DNA of 64,000 nt from Eledone cirrhosa. Lineage: Eukaryota. Each line of letters starts with the position of its first letter. The stretch's first letter is position 1. Made by a program: the position numbers and the translations under genes. The notes beneath the pieces were generated by a model. The model was not told where the DNA came from and did no database searches. It worked only from the letters and a program-made list of their open reading frames with translations. This document shows positions 20,190-38,108 of this stretch, one piece after another. The DNA lies in NCBI GenBank assembly GCA_964016885.1, contig OZ024741.1, positions 91,388,001 to 91,452,000 on the forward strand. The letters run 5' to 3'.

Positions 20190-21287
20190 GTGGAAATTGA
20201 GAACAACCGTAGAATAGTCAATTTCCTGGATGTAACATTGGATCTCAACACATGTCTCCACTGTCCTTTTCGCAGGTTGAGTGGGGACTTAGACTGTGTC
20301 AACTTTGGCTCTAACCACCCCAGATCTGTCAGGGGCACTATAGTGGACTCAGTCCAAAAGCGTGTCTCTGGGATCTCGTCGAATAGAAAGATTTTTGACG
20401 AAGGGGCCCAGTGCTGTAGTGATGCGCTGGCTAGGGCAGGGTGTGCTGATAAGATTGTGTGCATAGATGATGATGGACAAACTAAACAAGGTAACAACTT
20501 TTTTAGTTATGGCAGCGACATTGGCAGCTGTAGTAGAGGGCATTGCAGTAATTCCGAGGGACAGAGGGGAAATGGAACTGGGAGCATGGTTTGGTTTGCC
20601 CCCCCTTTCTCGCTGGACATTGGAGCCCGCATCGCTAGGTTGTTTTTCAAGGCTCTTGATAATCGCTTCCCTAGAACACATAGGTACCACTCAATCTTCA
20701 ATGGGCATACAGTTAAATTGACCTATTCATCCACCAAGGGTTTAGCACAGAATGTTAATAGAATGGGTGATAGGAACTTAAAAACTACTGATAATGGCAT
20801 AAATAATATACGGGTTGGCAAATGCAACTGTAGAGATAGATCTAAATGTCCGTTAAATAACAACTGCTTAGTTAAAAATATAGTATACAGTTGTAATGTT
20901 AATACTGACTCTGGTTCTTTTAACTACGTCGGTTCCACATCGACGGAATTTAGGCTTCGCTATAATGGCCACAAGAATTCTTTCACAGATCCAAATAAAA
21001 AATCTTCAACGGCACTATCAGGTGTACTCTGGCAACTTAAGCTAGATAACGTTAGATATTCGACGGCTTGGAATATAGTCTCAAGAGGGATTCCTTTTAA
21101 TTCATCCTCTGAGACATGTGACCTCTGCGCAGAGGAGATATTCTTTATACTAAAATCTAAAAATTCCCTTAACCTACGGACAAATTTATTCAGTTGTTGC
21201 GGGCATAGATTAAACTCAACGTTTGAGTGTAGATTTAAATTTAAAATGTGGTGTATTTGGTTTGTTTTATATTTATATGAGAACTAG
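20190..21287 (+). pseudogene. PLE polyprotein C-terminal part: RT thumb, Cys linker and GIY-YIG endonuclease
   Basis: VNFLDVTLDL, SNHP, WFAPPFS, CNCRDRSKCPLNNNCLVKNIVYSC..NYVGSTSTEFRLRYNGH, CDLCAEE. Confidence 0.9.
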
Positions 21288-22780
21288 CCGATAAATCTTT
21301 TGATTCCTGGGTCTTTGATTCCCTCTTTTTACTGTTTATTTTATTGTATTTATTTTTATTTTTATTTTTTATTTTTATTTTTGTCTAAACATTCCTCATG
21401 AAAAATTAGGCTGCCCTAGGGGCCGATGCTCCAGGTTTTGTGGGTTGACCTTACACTTGATGAACTTATATATTAAATATGGGAGCATATGTGGACATTA
21501 TTGGACATCATAAACTTTTTTTTTGCGATATTCCTTGCTAGATGTGGTTTGATAGATAATTTTTGGCTTTGTCTTGTGGTGAGCTTGGCGGTATATTGTC
21601 AGTTGGCCTTGAGGGGTTGTTCTTTGTGGTTTATTTTTTGTTTTTATTTTTATTTTTATTTTTATTTTTATTTTTATTTTTATTTTTATTTTTATTCTTT
21701 TAGTATTGTAGTATTCTATAATATTTTTATATTTTTATTTTTTATTTTTTATTTTTTATTTTATTTTTTTTATTTTATTTTATTTTTATTTTTAATATTT
21801 TTATATGTAAAGTTTTAATACGTAATAATTTTAAAACATAGTATTTTTAATATACAATGTTTTTGTTGTGTAGTGTTCTTTCGTAATATTCTTTTTTAGT
21901 TTTCTGTTCTATATTTTTATATTTTTATATATTTTTACTTATTATCATTATTATTGTTATCTCTGCTTATAATATAATATATATTTTCGATTAGTATATT
22001 GAAATCTGCTCTCTGTTTCTGCTTGATGGATAATCTTGTGGAGTAATCGCAAGAATAATGGTGCGCTCGGGTGTTTATACCACATTGAGAATGTTTTCCG
22101 GTAACTTTGAATTTGCGGAGTGAATCAGTTGGATTCACATAGACATATGAATTTTTTAAAAAACTAAACATAAGATAATGAATTTTCACGCATTGTGAAT
22201 GCTTGTTTCGTTCGGGAATACTGATATTTGCAGTATGGTGTGGGTTTTGTAGATGCTAATACATTGGAACATAGGGTTTTCTACGCCTCGGGTGTGTCTG
22301 GCTATTTTTAAATTTTTTTCTCTCTCTATATCTCTCTATATCTCTCTATGTCTCCCTTGCATTAATACTTGAGCTAAATAAATAAATGAATAAATAAATA
22401 AATAAATAGATGCATCATTGGTGCACTTGCTCAGGGTGACCTCCCACTGCCTAATTTTTCTATATTTCTATATCTATATTTATGTGTGTATCTATCTCTG
22501 TTTCCTCTCTCTATATATATATATATATCTCTTTCGGTCTCTTTGCATGAAGCTCTTCGCTTTGTCTATTTTTCCATCTCTCTGTTTTGTCCCATGCATT
22601 TCTTCTTTTTCTTCTTTTTCTTCCTTTTCTTCGTTTCGTCTTTCTTTCTTTCTTATTTCCCTCTTTTCTCTCTCTCTTTCTTTCTCTCTGTATTTTCACT
22701 GCTAGAGTGAACCTCTTCAAATGAAGTTGATGTTTATTACGGTATGTCGAATATATTTATCTATAAAACTGTTTATATTG

Positions 22781-22846
22781 TATTTTGTCTGATGAAGGCA
22801 TAGCATATTGTTAATATGATATCCCCGAAATATATATAATGAAATA
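22781..22846 (+). ncRNA. Minimal hammerhead ribozyme (family A-like) in the PLE 3' terminus
   Basis: TATTTTGT CTGATGA agg..CATATTgttAATATG..ccc GAAA TATATA TA ATGAAATA. Confidence 0.7.
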
Positions 22847-22888
22847 GATATGGTTTTATAAATATAGTTTTCCATTTATTTAATATTG

Positions 22889-26046
<3,158 letters not shown>

Positions 26047-26149
26047 GTAAAAAATTGAACTGGAACAAAAGGTACGAACAAAGGTTCGAACAAAGGTTCG
26101 AACAAAGGTTTATTAGTTTCACGCTCTTGAGAGTGGGGTGATGGTGGGG

Positions 26150-26183
26150 AACGACGTTTCGGGCATAAGCCCTTCTTCAGGTG
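26150..26183 (-). ncRNA. Minimal PLE-type hammerhead motif
   Basis: Minus: CAC CTGAAGA aGGGC ttat GCCC GAAA CG TC GT; palindromic ACGT stem III, GUC site, weak stem I. Confidence 0.65.
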
Positions 26184-26321
26184 AAAAGTGTGTGGGAAGA
26201 GAGTTCCAAGGGTGTGTAGGGGAGTGGTGGAGAGACTTATAGAAAAAAGGGGGTTAGAGGAAACGGTACAAATGAAAACACACATATATATATATACACA
26301 CACATATATATATATACATAT

Positions 26322-26353
<32 letters not shown>

Positions 26354-26440
26354 GAAAATGTTCAAGACCCCGATGGCAGAGCTCAATATGTTTCGACGGC
26401 TATTTCTACTCCATCTGGTTCATTACCACACTCCCTTCGT

Positions 26441-26471
<31 letters not shown>

Positions 26472-27755
26472 CTCGACACCGATGCAAGTATGTAGAGATT
26501 CACAAATATATATGTGTATATATAAACATTGCCATACTGTTCATCACACACACACACACACATACATATATTATATTATATTATATATATATATATATAC
26601 ACACATAATATACATGCATACTCACGTCATTGATTCATACAAGTGTGTGTGTGTGTGTGTGTATGTGTGTGTGTGTTATCCATTGACTAAACTATCTGCG
26701 TAAAACAAACTCCCACAAACCTATCTAGCGATATATGAATTTGTCTCTCTATTTTACCTGTGCACTATTTAATTATGTAGAGATCTATATCTATCCATCT
26801 GCCACAATACTTTCTCTCTTTCTCTATCTATCTATCGTTCTTGCAATCTCCTGCCTCTGTCTAAATATCCCCTCTCTCTCTGATTTGCTCTCCCTCTCTC
26901 ATTCTCACACAGTGGTCATTCACACATACATACACGTTCACACGCACATAAACACATACATACACGTACACACACACACATATAAACGTACACACATACA
27001 CACTATGTTAGCAATACAACCATACATAGAATCCATCTGCTATCAAAGCTCACCTGTTGAACGTAAAGACACAGAGAACTTACGATACGTTTAACTCAGA
27101 CTGCGTCTTATACACCGTCCAATCACGTTTTTGTTTATAGCCCTAGGTCAGATCTGCTCTCATTGATTGTTCAGGCATTCGATCAAAGACGTCCCACCCA
27201 TGATCACCGCATCTCCCATTTTTTAAATTACATTGTGATTTTTTAAAGGGTGAGGGGTGGGATTTAGCGGTTATTTCAAGCAATCACGGCTGTGGTGCTT
27301 GTTGTACTTGTTTAACCTTAATCTAGGTCTGTTCTCACTCATTATTCAGACATATGATCAAAGACTTCCAAGTCATGACCATCCCATCTCACGTCTTCTT
27401 TTTTTTTAAAATGATAGTAAGGATGTGATTTGTCTGAGGAATTTGGCTGCTATTTCTAGCTGGTCGGGCGACCACATAAGGTTCCATTGTTGTTTAGATT
27501 GGGATTTCCGCTTGAATGGCTTTCTGTTGTTGTTGTTGTTGAAACTACTACTACTACTACTACTACTACTATCTTCAAAGGAAAGATGACTGACGGAAAA
27601 TATAAACAGGATGGTCATGGCTGTAACACTTTTAATCATATGACTGCTAAATGAAAGCTGACCTGACTAAACAGTAGCATACACTATAACTGGTCCTAGT
27701 AATTACCGTGACTACGGAACATTGCCGTACTTAGTATACAGTGTACTATTAGTGG

Positions 27756-28090
27756 ACGCAGTATGACTGAATAGTTAAGAAGTTCGCTTTGTAACCATTA
27801 GGTCCTGGGTTTGATCTCACTACATGACATCTTGAGCAAGTGTCATTTACCATAGCCTTGGGTTGATGCAATCATTGAGAGTGAAATTGGGTAGACAGAA
27901 ACTGTTTAGAAGCCTGTCGGATGGAATGTACTTGAAATTCAAAAGGCCTGCCTTATCCTATTCTGTGTCACACTGAATCCACCTGAGAATTACGTTTAGA
28001 CTACATGTGTCTATTGAATGCTTAGCCACTTACACGTTAAGTCACGAATAGACTGTTCCTTGATCGAGCAACTAGAACACTCATCATAAG
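27756..28090 (+). mobile_element. tRNA-derived SINE
   Basis: Degenerate A/B boxes, cttgagcaagtgtc core, gtgaaattgggtagacagaaactg body. Confidence 0.55.
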
Positions 28091-28179
28091 AGGTGCGTCA
28101 ATGTGTGTGTGTGTTGGGGGGGGGGGGGGGGGTATTAGTCATCGTATTTAGCAAGTGTCCCGCCATTATTAAATTAATA

Positions 28180-29055
28180 ATTGTTTCTATTTTAGGCACA
28201 AGGCCAGCAATTACCCAGTACATTACTGGTACTTTATTTTATCGACCCCGTAAGGATGAAAGGCAAAGTTAACCTCGGCCGGATTTGAACTCAGATCGTA
28301 AAGGGGCGTAACTATGCTGGAAAGCATGGCGTCAGACCCTCTACCGATACTGCCAATTCACCAAATTAATAATAAAAGTTTCTAATTTAGGCACAAAACC
28401 AGTAATGTGTGTGTGTGACAGCTCACACCTATGCAGGTTTAGTTGGCGTCCTCCAAGGTATATTTGGTTGGAGGTGTCTTGGGTGATTTAATGATAGGGA
28501 CCCCAGTCCTATCATCTCATTTCTACAGCTGAGTAAACTGGAGTAAAGTGTCTTGCTCAAGGAAGCAACACATCACCCGGTCCGAGAATTGAACTCACAA
28601 CCTTACGATTGCAAGCCCTATGCTCTAATCACTAAGCCATGCGCCTTCAGTAATGGGGTGGGGGTGGGGGGGGGCGTATAGATAAAATCGACCCAGTACT
28701 CGACTGGTATTTTAATTTAATCGTCCACCAGCTGGCTGGTACTATATTTTATGACACCACTTCAGCACCTGAAGGATGAAAGGTAAAGTTGAACGTGGCG
28801 AAATTTGAACTCAAATGGTAAAGAGTCTTAACTTAACCTTGGGGCACTTTTACCGGCGCTCTAACGATTCTGTCAATTCCCCACACTTTGGTTTCCTAAT
28901 CTAGACATTTGACTCCAATACTTTATTTTATCGATCTCGGAAGCATGTAAAGGCTAAATAGACCCCAGCAGGATTTGAACTCAGAACGTAAAGGACCGTA
29001 AATATATGCCACAAAGTATTTTGTCTGGCGCTCCACCAATACTGCCGATACCAAC
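28180..29055 (-). mobile_element. Cluster of four SINE copies (about 28180-28365, 28520-28650, 28690-28880, 28925-29055)
   Basis: aaggatgaaaggcaaagttaacctcggc..gatttgaactcag is the reverse complement of the SINE at 41341-41532. Confidence 0.65.
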
Positions 29056-30507
29056 GAATTACAGAAAATACAATTCTATGTAGTAAATAATTGACATGTG
29101 TGTATGTGTGTATATATATATATATATGTGTGTGTTTATGTGTGTGTGTGTGTATGTATATGTGTGTGTTTGTGTCCGTATGTGTGTATGTGTATGTATG
29201 TATATATGTATGTATATGTGCATGTGTGCGTAATAGTGAGTTGTGTAAAACACATATCAATGAAAATACCCTTCCGCATTCAGCGAATTTTGAGACTGTC
29301 GAATGATGGTGTTATATTTTTACGTATGTACATTAATTAGCTGTTGCTGCAACGACACAGCTATTCATCCACATCACCGATGTGGATTTACCATTGTGCT
29401 TAAGCACAGGGTCACGTTGGCCAGGATGGGGGAGGGGGGTCAGGAGGAGCTCATCGTCCTGCCCCTCCCCCAATGTTTTTACGAGGAATTACATCTTTCA
29501 GGGCCCAAGTAAGGCCTCATAATTTAACTAGCATAGAGTCTCATTTGTCCTAAATCCGGCACCGTCGGTGTATATACTACTACCAATTCAAGTATTAACC
29601 CTTTTCATACTTAACCCCATGAAACCATTCATTGATTCTATGGTAACAGACTGATGTTTATATTTATCTAAACATTTTCCATCATAATTCTTTATAAGAC
29701 CCTCTGTTAAATCATATTTCAAACACCAGCGTACTAATGAGAAAGTTAGTTATATTACTAAATTATTGAAAACATTTTCTGAAAATCATAGGCAGTGCCC
29801 TTCATTAGAAATATGGTAAATGTTTATATTTATCTATAAACAATAACAAAATTAATTATTTTACTAAATCCATTTATATTCTTGAATATTTTCAAAAAGA
29901 CTTCAAAATGTAGACAGTTTTATAAAAGACATGTTAACAAAAGGGATATCTATCTCACTATCCTTAAACTTCCATCACTACCTCTGCCACATAATATGAC
30001 CACTAAACATACTTATTATACATAAGCATTTCCATCTATCATTTTCTATACCAGAGAAAGAGCCGCATTATGGGTCCTGGGGAAAAACAATGCACTGGGG
30101 GCCCCTGCTTACACAATTGGGCTCTTAGACCCGGTGAGGTATCCATACCTTAACATTACACTAGCTAAATATAGACAGACAACGTATTTATGACCGTTGA
30201 CGAACTATAAGAGCACAATAACTTGTAAGAGCCCCTATTTGCCGAAGGAAATATATAACGAACCCCATTGATACCAAATCGCCTAAAAGCAGCTCTTTAT
30301 TAAATCATGTTGTAAACGCCAGATTAATAATGAGAAAGCTAGTTACTAAATGCTTCTAAATTTTTGATTATTTTCAAAATGATTTCAAAATACTAGACAG
30401 TGTTTTTCGTTCGAAATATGGTAACGTAAGAATTAATTTTACAAATTTATAGGTATGTAACTTCAACCAAATTACTGTTTTGATCTTCAAGCTTAAACCA
30501 ATCTTAC

Positions 30508-30712
30508 ATATGGCTTTTTCTTTCTACCCTTTTTTTTGGTGAACGTCGTCTGCTTCAGATTTAAACGCGCGTGGTGTGGGTTTTCGTGGTGGAGTGGGTG
30601 ATGGTGTTTCTTCTTCCGTCCCTGCTTGACTCTGACACCAATTCCTAACTCTACCATTGCAATAAACCAATAAACCACCACCACCTCCATCAACATCGTT
30701 GCCTTCATATTT
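30508..30712 (-). CDS. Candidate exon, reading frame unresolved
   Basis: Poly-T tract plus AG acceptor at 30713 and gtaaga donor at 30507. One frame is fully open (MKATMLMEVVVVYWFIAMVELGIG...KKKPY, signal-peptide-like). Another reads GGLLVYCNGRVRNWC (claudin-loop-like). Confidence 0.4.
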
Positions 30713-31598
30713 CTAAAAAAAAAAGCCTGGTTATTGCTGGAATGCGTTTTACATTATACAGCTGCTTGGTCAAGTTCAACCTGGGGCTAAACATCATCAA
30801 TAACAGTAACCATGACAACAACAACAACAAACACATCGTCCACTACAACGATAACAATTTCAACTACTACCAGTTTCCAGTTACAGAACTACAACGACAC
30901 TAAGGACACAACAATGTCAATGGCTAACTAAAGCCACAACTTAACATTTTTATACCAACCCGTCTACAATCCATTCTGGTTTCATGAAACAAAACCACCC
31001 ATTTTAAAGGGTTTCTTTTAAAATTAAAGTCTTCCTACATAATTTGACAAACGAACTTATGAAATAAATAATTTTAGTAAATCCCTCCAAATTCTGCGTT
31101 AATTTATTCGAACACAATACATTTTATCAAGAATATATATTTAACCCCTTCGTAACGAAAGGGTTAAATAACCAAATAGTTATATAAGACAAAACTTCTA
31201 TGAAACAAAAATCAGTCAGTTTAAAGGCTTTCTATTTAAATTGAAACTTTCCAATATAATTTGATGTAAAAATGTTTTGTTGAATTATGTTTAGCAAATC
31301 CCACCAAATTATTAATTAATTTATTAAAATAGAGTGTATTTCATTAGAAACATAGTTAGGAAAGGGTTACACAACAAATGTTTGCTAGTTTACTATCTGC
31401 TGTGTATCGTGTATTTGGGATTAAGATTGAAACTGGGGTAGAGAAGGAGAAGAAAAACATGAAGAAAAAGAAACACGGTGAGTTAATATTGAGGATTGAA
31501 ATATTACCACACACACACACACACACACACACATATAATTCTAATATTCGACGGAACCCATCATATACCTAGGATATTTTTTGCTCTGGTGTGTATTA

Positions 31599-31658
<60 letters not shown>

Positions 31659-31667
<9 letters not shown>

Positions 31668-31815
31668 TCAAAATTAATTGGAGGACTTTTGATATATATA
31701 TATATATATATATATATGCATGTATATATTCAAAATTAATTGGGGGACTTTTGATATATATATATATATATATATATATGCATGTATATATTCAAAATTA
31801 ATTGGAGGACTTTTG

Positions 31816-31846
<31 letters not shown>

Positions 31847-31891
31847 TGTATATATTCAAAATTAATTGGAGGACTTTTGATATATATATAT

Positions 31892-31893
<2 letters not shown>
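31659..31893. repeat. Tandem array of four ~62-bp units (tgtatatattcaaaattaattggaggacttttga + variable TA)
   Basis: Direct sequence. Confidence 0.9.
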
Positions 31894-31933
<40 letters not shown>

Positions 31934-32190
31934 TACTGTAAATGTGTCCTTAATGCAGTGCATGTTTAGTGTGTTTATTATCAATCCAATAAAAGAAGTA
32001 TATGTATGCTATGCATGTACGTATGTATATATGTACGTCTATGTATGTTATGTGTGTAGGGTGTATATATGGGTGATGGTTCTATCTTAGTTTCTTGTCA
32101 TCTCCATCCATTCTCTCTCCAACTTTCCTCCTTTCTTTCTCTCCCCTCTCTCTTTTTTATTCTCTCTCTTTGTAATCACAGTTCACCTAC

Positions 32191-32377
32191 CTCTTATGAC
32201 CACCCATCGTCCGTTAGCAATCCCGGTCGATATGAAGAGGAGAGCCGCCACTGTGGCACATACTCCGAACAGTCGAAACGGTCTCCAGAGACGTGCTTCC
32301 CGGAGGTAGAATTCCTCACCGAATTTCCTTGGGTCAGTTGTTGGCTCCTGGGTCTTGAATTTCAGGAAATTTTTCAT
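32191..32377 (-). CDS. First coding exon of a probable PMP22/claudin-superfamily (TMEM47/PERP-like) membrane protein
   Basis: MKNFLKF...RLWRPFRLFGVCATVAALLFISTGIANGRWVVIR, i.e. RP-x-R-L, a TM helix and W-V as in TMEM47-like N-termini; ends at AG|gtaggt donor (phase 1); GC-richer unique sequence. Confidence 0.6.
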
Positions 32378-32504
32378 CCTTTGACCGACTCGAGATGCCA
32401 CTTTCCCAATTTTTCTTTAGAAATATCCACATTTTCCGTCTGCTAGTGCCATTTAAGCGCAGAAGGAAACGGAGCGACTGAGTGTGACAACAGATAGAAA
32501 GCAA

Positions 32505-34440
<1,936 letters not shown>

Positions 34441-34694
34441 TGTATGTTTATATGAGATGAGTGTTGTGTTGTTTGTGTGTGTGGAGGGAGGGGGTAGGTA
34501 TGAGTCGAGAACGTTCGCCAGTTGCAGAGAGTTGGATTAAGACGAACTGTATGTGTTGCAGGGTGGTAACCATGGAGAATTCTTTATTTGCTTGAATCAA
34601 ACAGCAGAGCAGGAGAGAGTGAGAAAAATAGAAAAAGACCGAGTGATCGTAATGTTTTATATGGATCTATCTACCTATCTATACCTCTCTCTTT

Positions 34695-34744
<50 letters not shown>

Positions 34745-34748
<4 letters not shown>

Positions 34749-35173
34749 GATATTAAATAAATGGAAACTATATTTATAAAACCTAATTTATTCTATTATA
34801 TATATTTCAAGGGTACCAAAATTTTGGTCCGCTATCATCAGATAAAATACAAAATGTTTTATAAATATTTGACATGACCAAGGATAATATACCTTAACGG
34901 TTCAAGTTATCCTTTCCAGGGATAACTTGAACCGTTAAGGTATATCATCCTTGGTTATGTTAAATATTTATAAAACATTTTGTATTTTATCTGATGATAG
35001 CGGACCAAAATTTTGGTACCCTTGAAATATATATAATAGAATAAATTAGATTTTATAAATATAGTTTCCATTTATTTAATATCATTGAATACTTACTCCA
35101 GAAATCTGTCGAGTGCTCTGAATCAGTTATAAACATTTATATTTGTTGTATTTCCAACAAATTAAATATCCCT

Positions 35174-35180
<7 letters not shown>
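34745..35180. mobile_element. Family A palindromic element, copy 2, with two core-intact hammerheads (34789-34849 minus; 34983-35043 plus) and a ~90-bp one-sided tail
   Basis: Near-perfect inverted arms 34745-35087; TATTTTAT CTGATGA...ACCAAAattTTGGT...GAAA TATATA TA ATAGAATA. Confidence 0.85.
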
Positions 35181-35218
<38 letters not shown>

Positions 35219-35379
35219 ATCCATCCATTCATCCATGGGCACAGAAATCATGGAGTCGTAGGAGCGCTGATATACGGATTATGGTGGGCATTTTAAACTT
35301 GGTCAACCTCATTTTTCTCCAAACTATATATATATATAAGTGTGTGCGCGCGCATAGAATAATGAAAAGAAAACTGAAG

Positions 35380-35592
35380 TCAGACGTAAGTAGTTAGTTA
35401 GTTCATTGTTTTACGATCGTTTCAGAGGGTTGATTGATCGTGGAGGATTGATGTATCGACTAATGGTTAAGCTACAACCTATTTCTGGTCTCAAAATTCC
35501 TGTTCAAACACTAGTGTTTCTGAAGAAGACGGCCGATTGAACAGATGGTAAACGATCGTAAAATAATGAAATAACTAACTACCTACGTCTTA
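35380..35592. mobile_element. Short inverted PLE-terminus remnant (family D) with degenerate hammerhead at 35516-35564
   Basis: Inverted ends agacgt..ttacgatcgttt / aaacgatcgtaa..acgtct; GTTT CTGAAGA...AAA CGATCG TA AAA with palindromic ACGATCGT. Confidence 0.55.
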
Positions 35593-35756
35593 TAACTACC
35601 TACGTCTTGCAATCGAAAGGTTGTGAGTTCAATTCTCTGACCGAGTGATGTGTTGTTTCCTTGAGCAACCATCTTTCCAAGGATACATTGAGTTCTAACA
35701 ACGTTATCAGCCTCACCACAACAAGGTGGAATACGATATACATATATATATATAGT

Positions 35757-35875
35757 GAAGGCGCATGGCTGAGTGGTTAGAGAACTGGATTCGCAATTGT
35801 GAGTTCGATTCCCGAACCGAGAGATGCGTTGTGTCCTTGAGCAAGACACTTCATTTCACGCTGCTTCTTCTACCT
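35757..35875 (+). mobile_element. tRNA-derived SINE head
   Basis: A-box tggctgagtgg, B-box gagttcgattc, gtgtccttgagcaagacactt core. Confidence 0.65.
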
Positions 35876-35965
35876 GGAGTTGCGACCGATAGAAAGTATT
35901 AGCAATTAGAAAGATCAACGGAAACATTGTCTCCTCGGGGAGATTTGACGAAAGTCGCTCGACTG

Positions 35966-36014
<49 letters not shown>

Positions 36015-36662
36015 GGGGTTACACAACAGTTAGTTCACCATACCTTAGCGGATCCTCAGCTAGTAATGGGCATGGTTATACGGAACAGGAAGGACAACCG
36101 TACGAACGCGCATGCGCAGAAACCCGTCCCGTCACTTTACACAGGCAATACTAAAATGCTTGCGAGAGGTGTAAGGGAGATAACTGCGAAAGTCCGAAAA
36201 GTTTTTAGTTGATAAAAAAAAATATTGATGTTGTTACAATAATTCATTCAATCCGGAGCCTTGTAGTTATGCAATATGTGTTTCGAGACGTGTGGACAAC
36301 GTGCGAAAAATTCATTACTATTGCATAATCTTTTTAGAATATTTATTCGTTCGCCAATACACAGTCCACACGACGGATTTCCCCTTGCGTATGGCTTGGA
36401 CTTCTACCTAACTCGTCCCATGGACTGAGTGCTCTACCACTACGGATATTACCTTCCAGTTTTCTACTACTATATATATATATAAAGAATAATATATATT
36501 AAGAAGTGCGTTAAGCTGCTGGAGTGTACGATAAGGTTATATATGTATAGTATATATACAGTGGATAACTAAGCATGCGCCAATGTGTATATAAATATGC
36601 ACATTTTTGATATGTAGGTATGTAAACATGCCAATAAACATGAATTTCCCTGTAACTCGAAA

Positions 36663-36711
36663 ACACCTTTAATCAATTTTCAGGCCTAGTTTAGTCTTCA
36701 TCAGAACGTGT
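36663..36711 (-). ncRNA. Minimal hammerhead ribozyme motif (family F)
   Basis: Minus: ACACgTT CTGATGA AGaCTAaacTAGgcCT GAAA ATTGAT TA AAGGTGT; stem III near-palindrome AATTGATT. Confidence 0.6.
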
Positions 36712-37798
36712 CCACATCATCTAAACAGTCACAAGGAAACAAGGATTTATGGGCTTATATACGCATTCGCTCTTTGTAGTATTCTGAAATTGATGTACTA
36801 ATTTGCATATAATTAGCGCTCGAATTAGTAGTTAAGATACGAGGGCAATCCCAAATATACGAGGGCAATCCCAATTCACACTTCACGGTAGCGTTCAACG
36901 GGAGCTCCATTCTCAAAGGATGCCAAGCCAAGATTGAGCATCCCAGCGAAGCGCGCGCATGCTTGTTTGGGAGTGAAGGAAGCACCAATCACAACAGTGT
37001 TGCCAACAGCCGTACGAACAGTTTCTCTGCGTCCCAATCGCTTTGGAGACCTTACTTTTGGGATTACCCTCGTATATTTAGAAATGCACTATGTAGCCGA
37101 ATTGTACTATACAGTTATATCGGTATATATGTGTATATTTATATACACATTGGCGCAGTCTCGGTTACCCGCTTTGTATATATTTATTATGTTCTCTTTC
37201 TCACTTACTCATTCACTCCCTCGATCTATCGGTAACCATTATGAAACTCTAAGATCTGACGAAAACGCTAACAAGACTCAAACCTGGCCTTAATAAAGAA
37301 AACAGTTATATCTACTATGGCATTGAGTACTGTTTCTCGTGGCCATTAATACCTAGTGCTGGTATACTTGGACGTCTGCTATGTTGGGTCACAGCCTTGA
37401 TTTAATCGGTCATATCGACCACAGTATTTACTTTTTTCAAGTCTGATCCTTATTTTATTGATCTCTTTTTGTAGAAATGCTAGGTTATTGGACATAGTCA
37501 CAGCTTATTTATAAGACGAGCCTCTGCAGTTCCCATTTACCAAATTTTACTCAAATGTATTAGTTCAACCTGAGTTTGTAGTAGAAGACACTTGCTCAAG
37601 GTGCCGCGTAATGAGACAGAACTCGATACCACGTGACTACAAAGCCAACTCCTTAACCCCACACTCATGCCCACACCCGTCGAGAAAAACTTTTAATGTA
37701 GCTAACAAAACACAAATTAAATATTTTGTTAACATACTCAGAATGTTCACATTTTTTTAAAGGTGAGGTAACATTTATTATAAAATAATATACTGTAA

Positions 37799-37950
37799 AG
37801 GCGGCGAATTGGGAGAGTCGTTAGTACACTGTAAGAATGCTTAGCGGTGTTCGTTCCGGCTCTCAGCCCTCTGAGTTCTAAACCAGCCGAAGTCAATTTT
37901 GTCTTACATCTTTTCGAAAAAAGAAGTTCCCGTCCAGTACTGGAGTCGAT
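37799..37950 (+). mobile_element. SINE fragment
   Basis: ggcggcgaattgg..ctgagttctaaaccagccgaagtcaatttt; same family as 41341-41532. Confidence 0.55.
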
Positions 37951-38069
37951 TCTTTCTTTATATCTAATTTTCACGCTTCCTCTCTTACTTCCACTCCTAC
38001 TTTGGAAAAAAATAGTTGTGTTCAGACCAGGAGAGGGGATATGCCTCACGTGGTTTAAAATTCTCATGT

Positions 38070-38108
<39 letters not shown>

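Larger units (their letters stand above)
20028..22888 (+). mobile_element. 5'-truncated Penelope-like element with inverted 5' tail fragment and 3' hammerhead
   Basis: ORF 20190-21287; family-A-like terminus at 22740-22888; 20028-20098 is the reverse complement of the family A tail (35085-35170). Continuity of the 1.5-kb 3' UTR is inferred. Confidence 0.65.

Noticed and set aside
31141-31167. TTAA-flanked 27-bp palindrome as a piggyBac MITE
   Set aside because: Too short to call; at most a collapsed remnant
31659-31893. CRISPR-like repeat-spacer appearance
   Set aside because: Spacers are only TA runs, there are no cas genes, and the context is eukaryotic
35757-35830. tRNA gene
   Set aside because: A/B boxes are present but there is no cloverleaf, and it continues into the SINE core
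36107-36875. NRF1-like GCGCATGCGC, octamer ATTTGCAT and twin GGGCAATCCC motifs as a promoter
   Set aside because: Short motifs without a demonstrable TSS; the twin site is a 20-bp tandem duplication
37256-37290. CTGACGA hammerhead-like core
   Set aside because: No stem II, GAAA or stem I pairing
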